Source of the DNA: Lama guanicoe | Lineage: Eukaryota | NCBI GenBank assembly: GCA_013239625.1 | Contig: MU054187.1 | Location: forward strand, 19,026,711-19,090,710 | Direction of reading: 5' to 3' | DNA: 64,000 bases | In this document: positions 24,551-37,899 of the stretch, one piece after another | Position numbering within the stretch: the first letter of the stretch is position 1 | Layout: each line of letters opens with the position of its first letter | Notes under the pieces: generated by a model | Told to the model about the DNA's origin: nothing | Seen by the model: only the letters and a program-made list of their open reading frames with translations | The model's database searches: none | Position numbers and translations under genes: made by a program

Positions 24551-26741
24551 GCCCGAGCAGGCCACACTGCCATCTCTTCCAAGACTGAATGACAGGAGCT
24601 GCTGACTTCTTTCCAACTGTCAGTCTTCTCTTTCTCTTTGTTTACAAAAGGTTTAAGAACCAGGATGAGAGGCCCATGAGTCCGGCACAGGGAAATAGCA
24701 TGACTTTGTGGGGAGAAGGTCCCCTGGCCACCTGCCGTGCACCCCGAACGGACTTGCTATTCAGTCATGGCTTTCCCCTCTTCCACATCTTGGTTCCAGG
24801 GACCTTCATTTTTCCTTCCTCAATCTTTTTTGCACCTTTTTTGATTTTTCACATCTAACGTGAACATTTTGTTTCAGAGGTCTCATTGACAATTAACTCA
24901 GGAGCTGATTTGTGTGTTCTTTCAGTATGAAGATCAATAGAGAACGTATCATGATTAAATATGCATTTATTTTGCATTTCTAAACGCTGATGCTTCAGAA
25001 TGATTGTTGAGTAATAACAAAGCAGATTTCCGACAAAGAGTGAAAAGAGGAGTAATTATTAGTATAACCCGAGTGTTCTGGGACTTGCAGTACCTTTAAG
25101 TTTCCCATTGGCATTGGAGGTTACTAACAACAGCAGCAAATCAAAGGAGCACGCTGCTAATGCCTCAGTTAACCTGTATTTCTCAGGAAGTATTGTTACC
25201 ACACCACATGAAGCATTGCCAGATGATGTGGCCTTGTGCTGAGCTGTGTTTTTGTTTTTAATCTTTGTTTAATTTCTTTTGGTACAGTGCTATCTAATTA
25301 CTGATTAATTGGTGCTGCAAATTCAAATCCTTATAATTAAACAGGAAGAGATGATATAGAAAGTAGAATTCGTTACACTTTGAGAAAAATCTCTGCAAAG
25401 GCCTTCTGGTAGATTCAGAGCTGTTGAGGGGGGAAAAACCCACTGGGGGTGATGTTAAGTATTCCCTAATTTAAAATTGAATTTGAATCTACTGTTGAAA
25501 ACCTTACTAATCACTTGTTTACAAAAGGCTGAGACCTTTTTCAGTTAATCTTTTCTCTCAGACTTAGTGGAGTATTATAGGACCTAGTAATATGTAGAAT
25601 TATTTTTAAAATAATAGTAATATTCATTGTTATTCTATACGTGATTTGTCCCTCAGGTTGACCTGGCTTTGATGGATGAACAGGATTTCAGGATGGGAGA
25701 ATCACATTTCAGGCAAGGAATTAGACAAGTCTTGGCTTGTAATCTGCTTAGGAGTCCTACTTGAAGGATGTGGTGGGAGATGAGGACACAGTGCCTGGGC
25801 CAGTTTGTGGGGCCTCATGCGCCAGGCTAAGTGGTTTGTCATATTCTTGGAAGCGGAGAGAAGCCACTGAACCTTCATGAGCCTAGGGGAGTGAGAGATG
25901 ATCAATCTGTATTTTAGAAATGAGTCAAAATGGAAAATTTAATGGAAAGGGAAGAAGCTAAAGGTAGGTTGTTTGGCTATTTTTCATTAAAACTTAATTC
26001 AAACCCAAAGTAATAGACTAAGATACAACTGCTCCTCTCTGAACAGGCAGTGTTAAGTGAGTACAGAACTCCCAGCTATCTGCTAAGGATGTGTCCTGGA
26101 CCTCTCTGGGAGACGCGGTGAAGACAATGGTTAAGAGCACACGCTCCGGAATGAGTCGGATCATGTGGCTTCAAATCCACTCTGCCAGCACTGGCTGTGT
26201 GACCTTGGGTAAATTACTTATCATCTTGGAGTCTCTGTTTCTTTGTTAGAGAAAAGAAAAGATAAAAACAGACCTGTTGAGAAGATTAAATGAGAAAACA
26301 AAATGAGAAGACAAACGCAAGCACCAGCACACAGCCTCACCCGTGATCAGGGTTCCGTGACTGTTAGCCATTGTCCACCTTCAAGTTCAAGAGCACGCCC
26401 ATCGCACACAGCCCCCAGGAGGGAGGAAAGTGTCAGGTTACTTCACCGGCTCTTCCTCCTCAGCACCAGCACCAGCAATGGTTACTTTGCTCTTTTGTGG
26501 GGGAGGGGTTGCAGTGGTGGTGGTGGTAGTGGTGGTATTTTTTACAAAGACCAAAACAGGTACCACTTGACAGGAGGTGCTCTGTAAGAGGTGGCAGCTG
26601 GCACAGGGAGGAGCAGCTGCCGGGTCCCTCCCTAGAGCATCACATCCGGGCTTGGGCAAGGATGCAGCTCCTGACAGACATCCCTGAGGGCTCTTGAGGG
26701 CTGTCCACAGAGCGCCAAAGCCTAGAGTGTCCATTTGGATT

Positions 26742-26840
26742 AAAAAAAATTCTTTTTAAATGTAAGTACTGGGGATTGAACCCAGGACCTTGTGCATGCT
26801 AAGCACGTGCTCTACCACTGAGCTATGACTCTCCCCACCC
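26742..26840 (-). mobile_element. Vic-1-like SINE, short form
   Basis: gtactggggattgaacccaggacc...ctctaccactgagctat; tttggatt on both sides. Confidence 0.85.
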
Positions 26841-28744
26841 CGTTTGGATTTTATATTGAAAAAGTTTCTATTTTCAGTCCTCACTCCTGGAGTCAATGTG
26901 CTGTGTGCTTGGGGCACCTTTAGTTACTGGAAATACAGTCTCAAGAAAATTCCTCAGAGTCGCTGCCCTCCTGAGCTCTAGTCTGTTGGAGAACCAGACC
27001 GTCCTCAGACACACAGAAATAAACATCCACTTACAGACGGGACAAATGGCAGGAAGGCGTGGTATGGATCTGATGGGGACCTACCCGGATGCTCCTGGCT
27101 GGGGGGACTGGAAGCAGGTGTTGGTGTTGCCTCCCTGAGGGTGTGGACCAGCCCTGAGCCGGGTAGTTCAAGAACACAGGCTAGGCTGCCTTCAAAGGAA
27201 GGGTGAGGCTGAGCGCAGCACGCGCACCCTTGGAGAAGGGCAGCCCGGGTAGGGTCTTCAAAGTTCCGTAAGGCTATTCATCCTTATCTTAAAGGCTCTG
27301 GGGAGCACTGAAGTGTTTCAAGCGGGATCAGGTTGGGAGAGGTCAGGTCAGGTTGGGGTGATGCTATCAGATTTGCTTTTCCAAAAACTCACTCTGGCTG
27401 CCACGTGGAAAATGAGTTTCTGGGGTTTAACAACTGATCTTTTATCTGAGGAATGGATTGCCTGGTGACTGTGGCAGCAGGTTGCAGAGTGACATCACCT
27501 GGGACATGAAGGGGCGGGCAGGCGTGTGTGTGGCATCAGCGACACGGCCCCATGTGTGGGGTCTCTCGCACAGGGGGGCGCTGCCAGTCTGGCCCCAAGT
27601 GCCCGGCCCCGCCAGCGCCCATGAGGCTGGCTAGTGTTCCTGCTGCAAGAGGCGTTTTTCTTCTTTTGAATCACTTCAGGCCTGAATGCTCTCTGCTTGG
27701 AGGGTGCACACAAGCATGGTCTCCCCTGGCTAACCCACCAGCTAAGACAGAAGTGTTTTACACCCCAGAGCGCCGCAAAAGACATTTATCTGCAATTAAA
27801 GTGCTGCAGTAACAAATGGAAATAAAAATGAATAATACATTCCTTAGATTGGCACTAATCCAGTTCTCAGCAACTCCCAAAATCTGCTGTCTAGACTGAG
27901 TTCCATTACTTGTGGTAATCTTCAAACTAGGCCTAAAGTCTGAGAATAAAGTCTCTTCCACTCGAAAGGACAAGGTGACATCCCGTCTTAGAATTCTGGG
28001 CAAGCTTTTACTAAGAGTTTGGAAAACTGGACTCAGTAACTGTTAAACGTGATGAACGTTCAGTCTCAACGGGGAGGTTGAAGCACCAGGAGAGAAGTGA
28101 CGATGCCTGGACAAGGTCTTTACTGAGGCTGCACAGGGTGGAGTCCTGGGCTCGGGTGGAATCCACTTGACACAAAAGGAGGAGCGTCTGTCCCTCACAG
28201 CTGGAGGGAGGAAGACAGAGGTGGCCTGGGTGCAGGCACGTGTGCAGGTGTGGGGCTCGGGAAGTGGAACATGTTGCTTTTTGGAAGTCCCTGCTGTAAT
28301 TCCTTCCTCAGATGCAGACACGTTTCTCCAGAGGGGGTGATGGGAGAGGGGACTCTGGAGAGCTGAAGGTTTGACATTGCTGTTAAGGGTCACAGGAGAG
28401 AAAACTGAACTGGACACCAAAAGACAGGCAGCAGTGAAGGGTCTGCTGAGGTTGGGAACCTTAATTCTGTCCTGGTGGTGACCAGGGGTGGGGGTCTGAT
28501 AGTTGGCACAGAAGTGTGTGAGGGCAACTCCTGGACAAAGAACATGCTAGGTTTTCCTGGGGGGGTGCAATGAAGAAGTGTGCAAGAACGTGGAAGGTTT
28601 TGGTAAAACTGCATTTGGAGTGATATCGGTGGGAGCTTGGCTGGATTAGGAAGTGAGTGAAGGCTGGAGGAAGCTGAAAGATGGGGGAGCAAATGGCGAA
28701 AAACCGGAGATCTTAATGAAGTCAAAAAATAAGTGTGGTGGAGA

Positions 28745-28955
28745 TACACATTACTATATATAAAAGAGATAAACGACAAGGACCTACCGTATAGCACAGG
28801 AAGCTATATTCAATTTCTTTTAATAACATATAATGGAAAAGAATCTGAAAAGAAAAACTGTATACGTATGTATAACTGAATCGTTTTGCTGTACACCTGC
28901 AATGAACATTGTAAATCAACTACACTTCAATAAAAAATAAGAAAAATAAAATAAA
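28745..28955 (+). mobile_element. Short L1 3'UTR insertion
   Basis: Same family as the 15334 copy (aaggacctaccgtatagcacagg...attgtaaatcaactacacttcaataaaa). Confidence 0.85.
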
Positions 28956-30361
28956 ACGCACTGCCCCCTAAAAGAAAGATGTGGTGGGAGCAAAAGAGAG
29001 AAAGAGCTAGAAGAATGGGAGATTGTGAGCAGGAGAGGAGTATGGGAGGCGGAGTTTCTATCCAGAGAGGCATTCTGGGAGAGGTGGAGTCGGGGGGAAG
29101 GTTGCTGGGTCATGAAGATTGAGGCTGCATATATAATAGTCACTCATGTCTTTCAGGATAGGAAAGCTGTGACAGGGTGGCTCAAGCCTTTAACAAAGGG
29201 TGAATGACCAGGATGGCAGGAGAGTCAAGGAAGGGGAGAGGTGGAAGGTGGAGGTTTATACAAGAGTGGAGGAGGTAACTGCTCGTTAACAGAAATGGGG
29301 ACATGGAGACATACATTCTTGGGAGGTTCCCCACTGCCTTCAGGATAAGATTCAGGCCGCTGTGCAGGACGCCGGGGGCCCTCTCTAGCTGGGTCTCCCC
29401 ATCTCGCCCCCACTTCATCACCGGTGCTCAGCAGTGCACTCGCCACAAGAAGATGCAGCCTCTTCCCTGTATCTTTGCACAAGCTACGCCCTCTGCTTTT
29501 GGAACAAGTATCCTTCTCTTTCCACCTGGCCTATTTCTACTCGCCCTCCCATCATCAGCGCAGTCCCACCCCTGGGAAGCCTGCCTACACCTGCCAAGCC
29601 ATGCCAGGAGCCCCGCTCCAGTGCTGTGTCCTCAGGACTCAGTCTGGCATCTATTTCCAACACCTAGCACAAAAACCTGGCTTAAGGAAAGTTCTTAATG
29701 AAGGGTTTTGGGACAGAGCAGCATTAAGTAGTGGCGGTCCACAGTGGCTAAGGAGTGGCAGGGGGCCGGCACGGAAAACGTATCTGCAGGACTTCTGCAG
29801 TTTTCCTCTGCTCACGCTTTCTCATCTCATTAGAGCTAGTAATTCATTCAGTTCCTCCCGTGGAAAACAATCCCTCAAAAACTCAGCTAGTAAATAAATC
29901 ATTCGCAGGAATGTTTTCCTACTGGCCCTAAAAGACATTGGCCTATGGATGCAGAATTGACTTTGTGCCGGCATCTGGGATCATTCTTCTGTATTCACAA
30001 AAGCTCGCAGACCCATCAGTGAACTCTGGAATGGCGGCAATAGCATTATTAAATAATAAGTTCCAAATCCCCTGAAAACAATTCTGTGTGATTAGCTGGA
30101 CTTCTTGATGTGAGCGGGCTGCGAAGTGTAGCTCGGGGAGGCATCGTGAACATCCCAGGATGGCCTTTTTGCTTTGTACGTTTGGCGTTTCTGATTGCAG
30201 CGAACATGTTCTCCTGGGAGCCACGAGGCTGGTCTTAGATCCACGCAGTTTTCTCTGAACACAAAGCCTTCCGTGAACAAGGAAGCCCCTTTGGGATGGC
30301 CTTTTAGGCACCAGATGATAGAAGACCGGGGTGGGGAGCACCTCAACTCTGCTCTTGGAAC

Positions 30362-30650
30362 AGTGTGTGGTGTGTGTGTGCATGTTTATCTTTGTGTCTG
30401 TGTGTTGATGTCCTGTGTGCGTCTGTCTAAGCTTTCTGTGTGGTCTACGTGGGTCTATGTGGGCCGATGTCCTGTGTGGGTCTCTCTGTGTATCTGTGAA
30501 TGTGTGATTGTGTGCATGTGTCCTATGTGTGTCTGTGTGGTCTACGTGGGTTGATGTCCTGTGTGGGGGTGTGTCTGTGAATGTGTGTGTATGTGTATTT
30601 CTGTGTCTGGGTCTGTGTGTGAGTGTCTACATGTAGACTCATGTGTGCTC
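30362..30650. repeat. Degenerate TG-rich repeat containing a duplicated ~35-bp block
   Basis: tctgtgtggtctacgtggg...gatgtcctgtgtggg occurs twice, near 30435 and 30532. Confidence 0.8.
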
Positions 30651-32764
30651 CGTGCTCGGAGGAGGACTGGAAAGAATCGCAGGCGTTGGTGCCTCAGACC
30701 CTGTCTCCCGCCCGGGGACAGCGGCCTCTCTCTTCCTGGCCCTCTGGGATGGCAAAGTCCTTGCTGACTCTCCCCATCCCACCGACATCTCCCTGCTAGT
30801 CAGCAACGGCCGAAGCAAGGCTGTCAGACTGTCTGGAAGGGGCTTGTGGACGTTTCAGTGAGCTGCTCACCGGGCTGCCGTCTGTCCAGGCTATTAGGCG
30901 GTCGGTCTCCAAATCTGGGGGGAGCACCTCATCGGACGGGGGCTGCCATGTGTGCAGGGGCGGTGGGGCGCAGGCGAATAGGGTTGAAGCCCTGAGTCAT
31001 TCAGGCCATTTGCAGGTTAACAGTCTGCAGGTTAAACGTCACAGTTGTCCTCAAGAAGAAAACTGCAGTCACCAAATCACAATCGCATCTGTCACTTCCA
31101 TATTTCTGTCCAGGTCGGGTCATTCCAGACTTTCTGGCGGAGTTACTTATGTTATTGCCTGGAGGCCTGAAATCCATTTAGACCTCAATGATGTAAAGAA
31201 CTTCTAGCTACGTTTATGGTGATAACAGTTACTTTGTGAGGCCAGTCGGGAGAAAACAAATCTAATGTTTCCTGGTTTGCCAATGAAGGGAAAAAAGGGT
31301 GATTTTTTTCCCCTTTTGATTAAAAAAAATTAAGTTAAAAAAGACTGTTTCTTCTGGCAAAATCTGAGTAAGATTTGTAGATTGGGCCACTGTCAATGTC
31401 CTGGTTTTGTTACAGTTATTAAGTTATTAAGACATGAAGAGTATACGGGACCTCTTTGTACTTCTTTTTAAATTTACTGTGAATCTGTAATTATTGCAAA
31501 ATAAAACAATAATAAAAAAAAGAAAGAAAAAAAGATTCTGTTTCTTGTTTTAGCTGCTTCTCTTTCCTGAGATAGTGACATCATTATGTTGGCAACAGGT
31601 CTAAATGTGGGGCTAGAAGCCACCTTACCTCACTGTTTTTCCAAAGAAAAGGCTCGTATTGTTGCCAACCAACCTCCACCCTGCAACAAGCTTTCCAGGA
31701 GCAAGAGAGGGAGCCCCTCCGTGGGATAAGGCCACTTGGAGCCACCACTGCCCATGTATTGCAGGCCCCGGGGTTCCCTGAGCGAGGGAGGGGCCTGCCC
31801 TCCAGAAGCGGCCACCCGAGCTGGGCAGAGGAACACTGTCAGCAGGTCGATGGGCTAACTTGCTGTCCTGCTCCAGGTTGAGGGGAATTTGGGGCTGCTT
31901 CTTGTTGTATTTTTTAAATTTGGGTTTATTGCATGTTCAGCCTGTCTGGGACCTGCTTGCAGATTTCAGCCACTTCTGGCTACACTCGTGGCAGGAATGA
32001 CGTCTCCACTGTCTTATGCCTTGAAGAGAAGGATGAACTGCTATGTGATGTAACTGAACTAACCCCTATTTAAGCTACTCAAGTTCCAGATTTGGCTTAA
32101 AAAAGAAAACATGTAAACTTTTTACTTTCCCTCCAAAAATTGTATCTTCTTGCATCTTCCTTCTAATAATAGCTAATATTTATTGAGTATTCCCAATGCC
32201 AGATGCATGATGTGCATTATGTAAAATTATCCTTTAAATTTATTGGCATGACTGCCCCATCTTACAAATGTGAGGACTTCGGTAATTTTCAAAGGGCACT
32301 AGGTCAGGGTGCTAGGCCTGACTTACTCCAGCGGCCCAAAAGGGGCTTCACACCACACACTAATGCCACTCTCATGATCTTCTCTATAACTTTGTTTTAA
32401 ATTTGAGATATACTTGTCATTCTACAATTGAAATATATTTGTTAACTGAACACAATTTGTTTTAGATTACACATTTTTTTCTATATTACACTTGAAATTA
32501 TCTTAAAGTGAAAAGGATTTCTTTTATATACATAGGTGATTCCACATTAATGAGAATACAGCATATAAAAGCTCAAGTCGACAAAAGTAGATTAAATTAT
32601 AGGCTTATTATTCATACTAAAAAGTGTTTTGCTTTCAAAAGGATTCTGTATGGATTTTCTTTAAACAGAATTCTTATACTGTTCTTAAAATGCTTTGAAA
32701 GATTAAATTTTAATTCAACTCATATACTGGAATTCTAGCCCTTACGCAAATACCTGTTTTATAC

Positions 32765-32848
32765 TGTTGGGCTGAACCATATGAAATCGCTAATATTCAC
32801 TCTTTTTTAACCTACAAAAGTGGCAGTTTCATATGGTTCAATCTGGTA
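32765..32848. mobile_element. MADE2-like mariner MITE
   Basis: About 84 bp with inverted arms tgaaccatatgaaa / tttcatatggttca. Confidence 0.8.
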
Positions 32849-34033
32849 TTTGCTCTTTTTAAGCATTTATATTTTAAAGGCCAGAAGTGAACCAGTTTGT
32901 CCTCACTTGAAATTGATTGTTTCAGATCAATGGGCCAGACAATGGGTCTCTTTCCTGAGGTCTCTACTGTGGGTAATTTTATTTCTGAAGTTGGCTTTTA
33001 TGGAAGATAATCTCCAATTAATATAATTCAAACAAGTATCAATGCAATATCTGCTTTGTCCAAAGTACTGCTTTGGGCAGAATTCCTTGTCCCACAGCTT
33101 GTCAATGTTCTCCATGAGACACTTGGAATGGCGCCATTCTGGGAAATGAGTGGAAGCACCTATGTCGCCCTCTAGAGGATTTCCATACACACACAACGTC
33201 ACCGGCTCAATTTCCTGGGTCCCTTCATTTATATTTTAACCATGTTACCGATATGTTTCCATCAATTCACACAGCTATTAGTTGGTGAGAGGTCAATTCA
33301 AACTGTCCATTCGGTATCATGTCCCTAGAAGATGGTAATTCTGTCACTCTTAAATTTGTTTATAACAGTACCATCTAAGCACTATGGAATCAAACCTACT
33401 TACTGAACACCCAAAGGCTGAACAATTGCACATTTAGCTGTGTATGCTCCACGTACAAGGAACATGACTTCCCAAAGGAACAGGCAGGAGAAACTGATAC
33501 AGTCAGGAACACAATGCAAAGGTTACTGCTGGACATACTAGCCGATCAGCAACACGGCTGGATGGCTACTGGCCAGGGCATATCCAGTTTCCTGGAATGA
33601 GAGGTGGATGAATACAGGTTAGAAACGCCAAGTAGGGCTTCGGCTAAAGCTGAGAGAGGTCTACAGTCCAGGGAAAGCAAAGCATTGTAGCTGCTACTTC
33701 ACATTTCTTCTGAAAACAATATACACGGGCTTAGAAGCCTCGGATGCTGGAATTAATATTTAATGTAAAAGCATTACTGGAAACAACTGTATAGCTATCA
33801 GGTATAAATAGTAATTTCCACCTCGGCTGGTAATTTTGCACTCATTTAGGTTGTCATCCTAGTGTGGCAGCAGTTTACAGGGGCACTTACTGTAACAGCA
33901 CGCTGATTAAACTACGGTGGAATTACCCATTCACTCTATCTTACAATTCTGTGCTATTATGAAGTTCTAAATATTTCAAATGCGAATAGGCCTCCGTGAG
34001 TCGACAGCTCAGTGGTTACCTGTCTGTCTTCTT

Positions 34034-34037
<4 letters not shown>

Positions 34038-34064
<27 letters not shown>

Positions 34065-34194
34065 GTTTTGTTTTGGGGGGGCGGTTAGGTTTCACTGATC
34101 TATTGATTTATTTTTTAACGGAGGTGCTGGGGCTTGAACCCAGGACCTCATGCATGCTAATCATGTGCTCTACCACTGAGCTATACCCTCCCCC
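34038..34194 (-). mobile_element. Vic-1-like SINE
   Basis: Head at ~34120-34194, with a long T run (A tail) at 34038-34064. Confidence 0.88.
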
Positions 34195-35854
34195 TCTTTT
34201 CCTTTTTTTGAATCATTAGGAAGGCTTATAAATTTGTTTCTCTACATACTTGAAATGAGCTAATAATCTTACGATGAGGAATTAACAAGCATAGACTAAG
34301 ACTCTGGATTTATTTGAAATTTGATGAGAAAATGAGCCAATTAAAATCATTATAAAAATACGGAGGGAAAAACGCTTTTCTGTATGACATATCACTGACT
34401 CCATGAACATTTCTTTTCTCACTTGGTGTTTCTATGAAGGTTCGTCTGGCATAGACAGAAATAAGCACCTGCTTTCATTCGTGGGCAGGTAAAACTTCTA
34501 GAAGTTTAGGGAGACAGTCACAGCTGCTAAACAGTCTGAATCTCCCAAGAAGCAGTCACCAAGACAAGATCAGTTCCGTCAGTAACTGACCAGGGAAGAT
34601 GCTTATGAAGCGTGGAGAGGGTGGGAGCACGAGAAGGCGGGGAGAGCCTGCCTGTCGCCTGCCAGGCGTGACACCCGTGAGAAGGGAGAGAGGACAGGAG
34701 GTACTGGGTAGGAAGTACCCTGGAGCAGTTCTAAGAAACTCTCAGCTCCAGCTGGCGGGTGTCCCGAGCAAAGGGTGCCCATCAGAGGAATCCCAGGTCA
34801 GGGAGAACGGCTGCGCTCTAACGGCCCTGCTGTGCTAGGCCCAGGAGGGGAGCAGCCAGGGGAAGGTCTTACCAGCTGCAGGGGATTCAAAGGAGTGGCA
34901 GCAAGAGGCCGGCCAGCACTGTGTTCCCTGCAGCTGCAGCTTCTTCTGCAAGGAGATCTGAGTGGCAGACCCCCATGCCCTCCCCAAGTACTGTTTCTTT
35001 TTGGCAATCATGCAGTTTAATGCATGGATCTTGTTTCTTTCCAACCAAGTTCAAAAATCCCCAGGCTGGACACCTTCACCAGCTTCGCTGAGATACATTC
35101 CTTGAGAACCAGCTGTCTGCCTGTGTGTTTTTCCTGACCAGGCCCGGGTTACATCTGCTGTCATGGTACAGAGGAATAAGATGGGCAGGTTAAATAAAGC
35201 ATCTGAGAGGAATGCCTGTCTCCAGAACTGTCCAAGGACCGCTCCAATATTCACCTTTATCATAACTCCTTTGGCAGGTGGTCCTACTGGGTCAAACCCA
35301 GGGTATAACCTACCTCCTTAAATAAATCTTAACAGTTAACGTTAACGCAGCATTTGCTATATGCCGGCCACCACTCTAGCCTTTACTTTCACGAACTCAA
35401 TCCTTATAATAAGTCTGCGAGGTCAATACTACCATTATTCCCATTTTTAGGGATGAGGAAACTGTGGCACAGAGAGGTGAGGCAAAGTAAGTGTGGTTAC
35501 TGGATTCCCATCTCGGCACTACCGTATGTGTTTTGGACCCACTGTTTGTGCCCTCCTCAAATTCTTATGTTAAAGGCCTAACCTTCAATGTGATGGTGTT
35601 AGGAGGTACAGCCTTTGGGAGGTAATTAGGTTTCGATAAGGGTATGATGGTGGAGTCCCATAATGGAACGAGGGCCCTTATAAGGAGGGGGAGACACAGC
35701 AGAATCAGAAGGCAGCCATCCACAAGCTAGGAAAAGGGCCCTCGCCAAGAACTGAATCAGTTGGTACCTGGATCTTGGACTTCCCAGTCTCCAGAACTGT
35801 GAGAGATAAACGCCTATTTAAGCCTCCAGTTTATGGTATTTTGCGAAAGCAGCC

Positions 35855-36816
35855 TGCAAAGGAATTCCTGGACCCAACTCCAGTGTGTGTAGGTGGAGGC
35901 TTCCCCACACCAACAAGCAATTCCTGGATGTCTGAGATTTCAGCGCAGATCTGACACCACCTACCTGGGCTCGAATCAGAGTCCACAGGTAAAGGACTCA
36001 GTCCCACAAGACCCCCACAACGCAGGCTGCCAACTGCGAGTCCAGGTAGTTACCTGTGTTTCTGACTGCCTGACTCCAAGCTGGAGAGTCCCATGACCCC
36101 CTCCTTGGGTTCAGTTAATTTGCTGGAACAGCTCACAGAACTCAGGAAAACCACCCACTCAAACAGACTACTGCCTCCTTATACGACGGCATCTCTCACC
36201 ACACTACTGCCTCCTTATACAACGGCATCTCTCACCACACTACTGCCTCCTTATACAACGGCATCGCTCACCACACTACTGCCTCCTTATACAACGGCAT
36301 TGCAGGGTATGCAGCAACAGCCGCATGAAGGGACGCACGGGGCTGGGCATGGGGCGGGGAGGGGGCACGGGCTTCCACGCCCTCTCCGAGCGTCCCACTT
36401 GCCCCAGTCTCCACGTGTTCACCAACCCCGAAGATCTCTGAATCCCATTCTTTTGAGGTTTTAGGCGGCTTCATTACATAAGCACAACTGATTCTATTTT
36501 GACCCTTCGTGATTAATTCAGCCTGCAGCCTCTCTCCCCTCCTTGAGGACGTGAGACTGAAAGTTCCAAATCTCGAATCACGTTGTTGGTTCTCCCGGCC
36601 ACCAGTCCCCATCCTTGGGTAAGATCCCAAAGTCACCTTTCCTGAAGCATTTTCAGGACTGAGGACAAAGAAAGCAAATAACATCCCATTTCTCTTATTG
36701 CTGAGAAATTCCAAGAGTGCTGGGAGTAGTGAGCCAGGAACTGTGGATGAAGACCAAACATATTGGTCATTCAGGTGATCAAATATATATATTTCTTACA
36801 AATCACAACATTTGCA
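35855..36816 (-). mobile_element. MER21-like solo LTR
   Basis: TG...CA ends with 5-bp TSD cagcc (35850-35854 / 36817-36821). Contains tctgacaccacctacctgg and ctcagtcccacaagac. Confidence 0.8.
36167..36300. repeat. 36-bp minisatellite, about 3.7 copies
   Basis: Unit actactgcctccttatacaacggcatctctcaccac starts at 36167, 36203, 36239 and 36275; copies are nearly identical. Confidence 0.95.
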
Positions 36817-37899
36817 CAGCCTGAGCTAAGACAGTGTTTTGACCTGGTGTGCTAGGGAGAGGTCGGCAAGAGTTTAGGCAAGTGGATAAGATGCCAGATA
36901 TGTGAATACAGTTTGCTATACACTGAAGACCGCAGTGCCACACTCACTGGACCAGCCTGGCAGCAGGGAGGGGAAAGCTTGGGGTGTCCTGCAGCACTGC
37001 AGGGCAGGCACCCAGAATCTCAGACCAGGGTTAACACCACTCTTCCATCCAGCGGTACTTCCCAGCGTACTTCTGGCCACAATCTGAATTGCTTCGAGAG
37101 CTGGGCATGCCCTAGCTTGCTGGTGACAGATGTCAGAGACTATAACCAAGCAGCAGCTGGGAAGATGGAAACTGACAACAGTCCTGATGGCCATGACAGT
37201 TGTGATAGGAGCAGCAGTGGCAGCAGAAATGAATGGTGGCAAACCAGCAACAAACAGTCTTGTGGGTAGTGGGACTAATGATGTTTTGGTCCCACAGAAA
37301 GAAGAAGAGAGAAACCCACTGTGAATGACGGGTCAGGTGTAAACTCTGAATCGGGAAAGAAAAATGGGTAAATACATGTTCGCAAGATTTTGAACATTAT
37401 TTCAGTGAATCGATGGAATCCTTGAAATGGATCCATAGCCTCCAGCAGATTAAAAAGTTGCTGTTTTAAAAAGAAACTATGGAGCTCAAAATATATACCC
37501 TGTCTTTCAATGGCCCTGTGCTGAAGAACGGAACACTAGCACACTTGTTTTATAAGAAGGCATCCCAGGGGATTGTGGAAACCACCAACTACTGAGGCTC
37601 ATTTTTTTTTTTTAAATCTCTTATGCTGGTGAAAGTAAAAGGGGGCAGGGGCACAGAGCATCAAGCAAATGACATGACTTGTGTAAAAGCAAATTATGCC
37701 TTGCCTGTTGTAAGTCTTTGAGGAGATGAATATGCATCTGAGTGGGGGAGGCCGTGAAGGGAGTGGCTCACAGCCCTCCACCTTCCTACTGATGCTTCGC
37801 TGCAGTGTCTAGCAGGTTGGACCATGCACGCCTTCCAAACCACTTCAAATTGCAGCAGGAATGCACCAAAGGTGACTCCTTTAAAAATGCCTTTAATAC

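Larger units (their letters stand above)
35525..36833 (+). mobile_element. MaLR (MLT1A/MST-like) LTR, split near its 3' end by another LTR
   Basis: aaattcttatgttaaaggcctaacc...atcttggacttcccagtctccagaactgtgaga...tatggtattttg; the terminal cagcctgagctaagaca is displaced to 36817-36833. Confidence 0.8.

Noticed and set aside
36093..36464. Mucin-like repeat ORF, and a CRISPR-like look to the 36-bp repeats
   Set aside because: Head-to-tail minisatellite with no spacers, inside an LTR in mammalian DNA.
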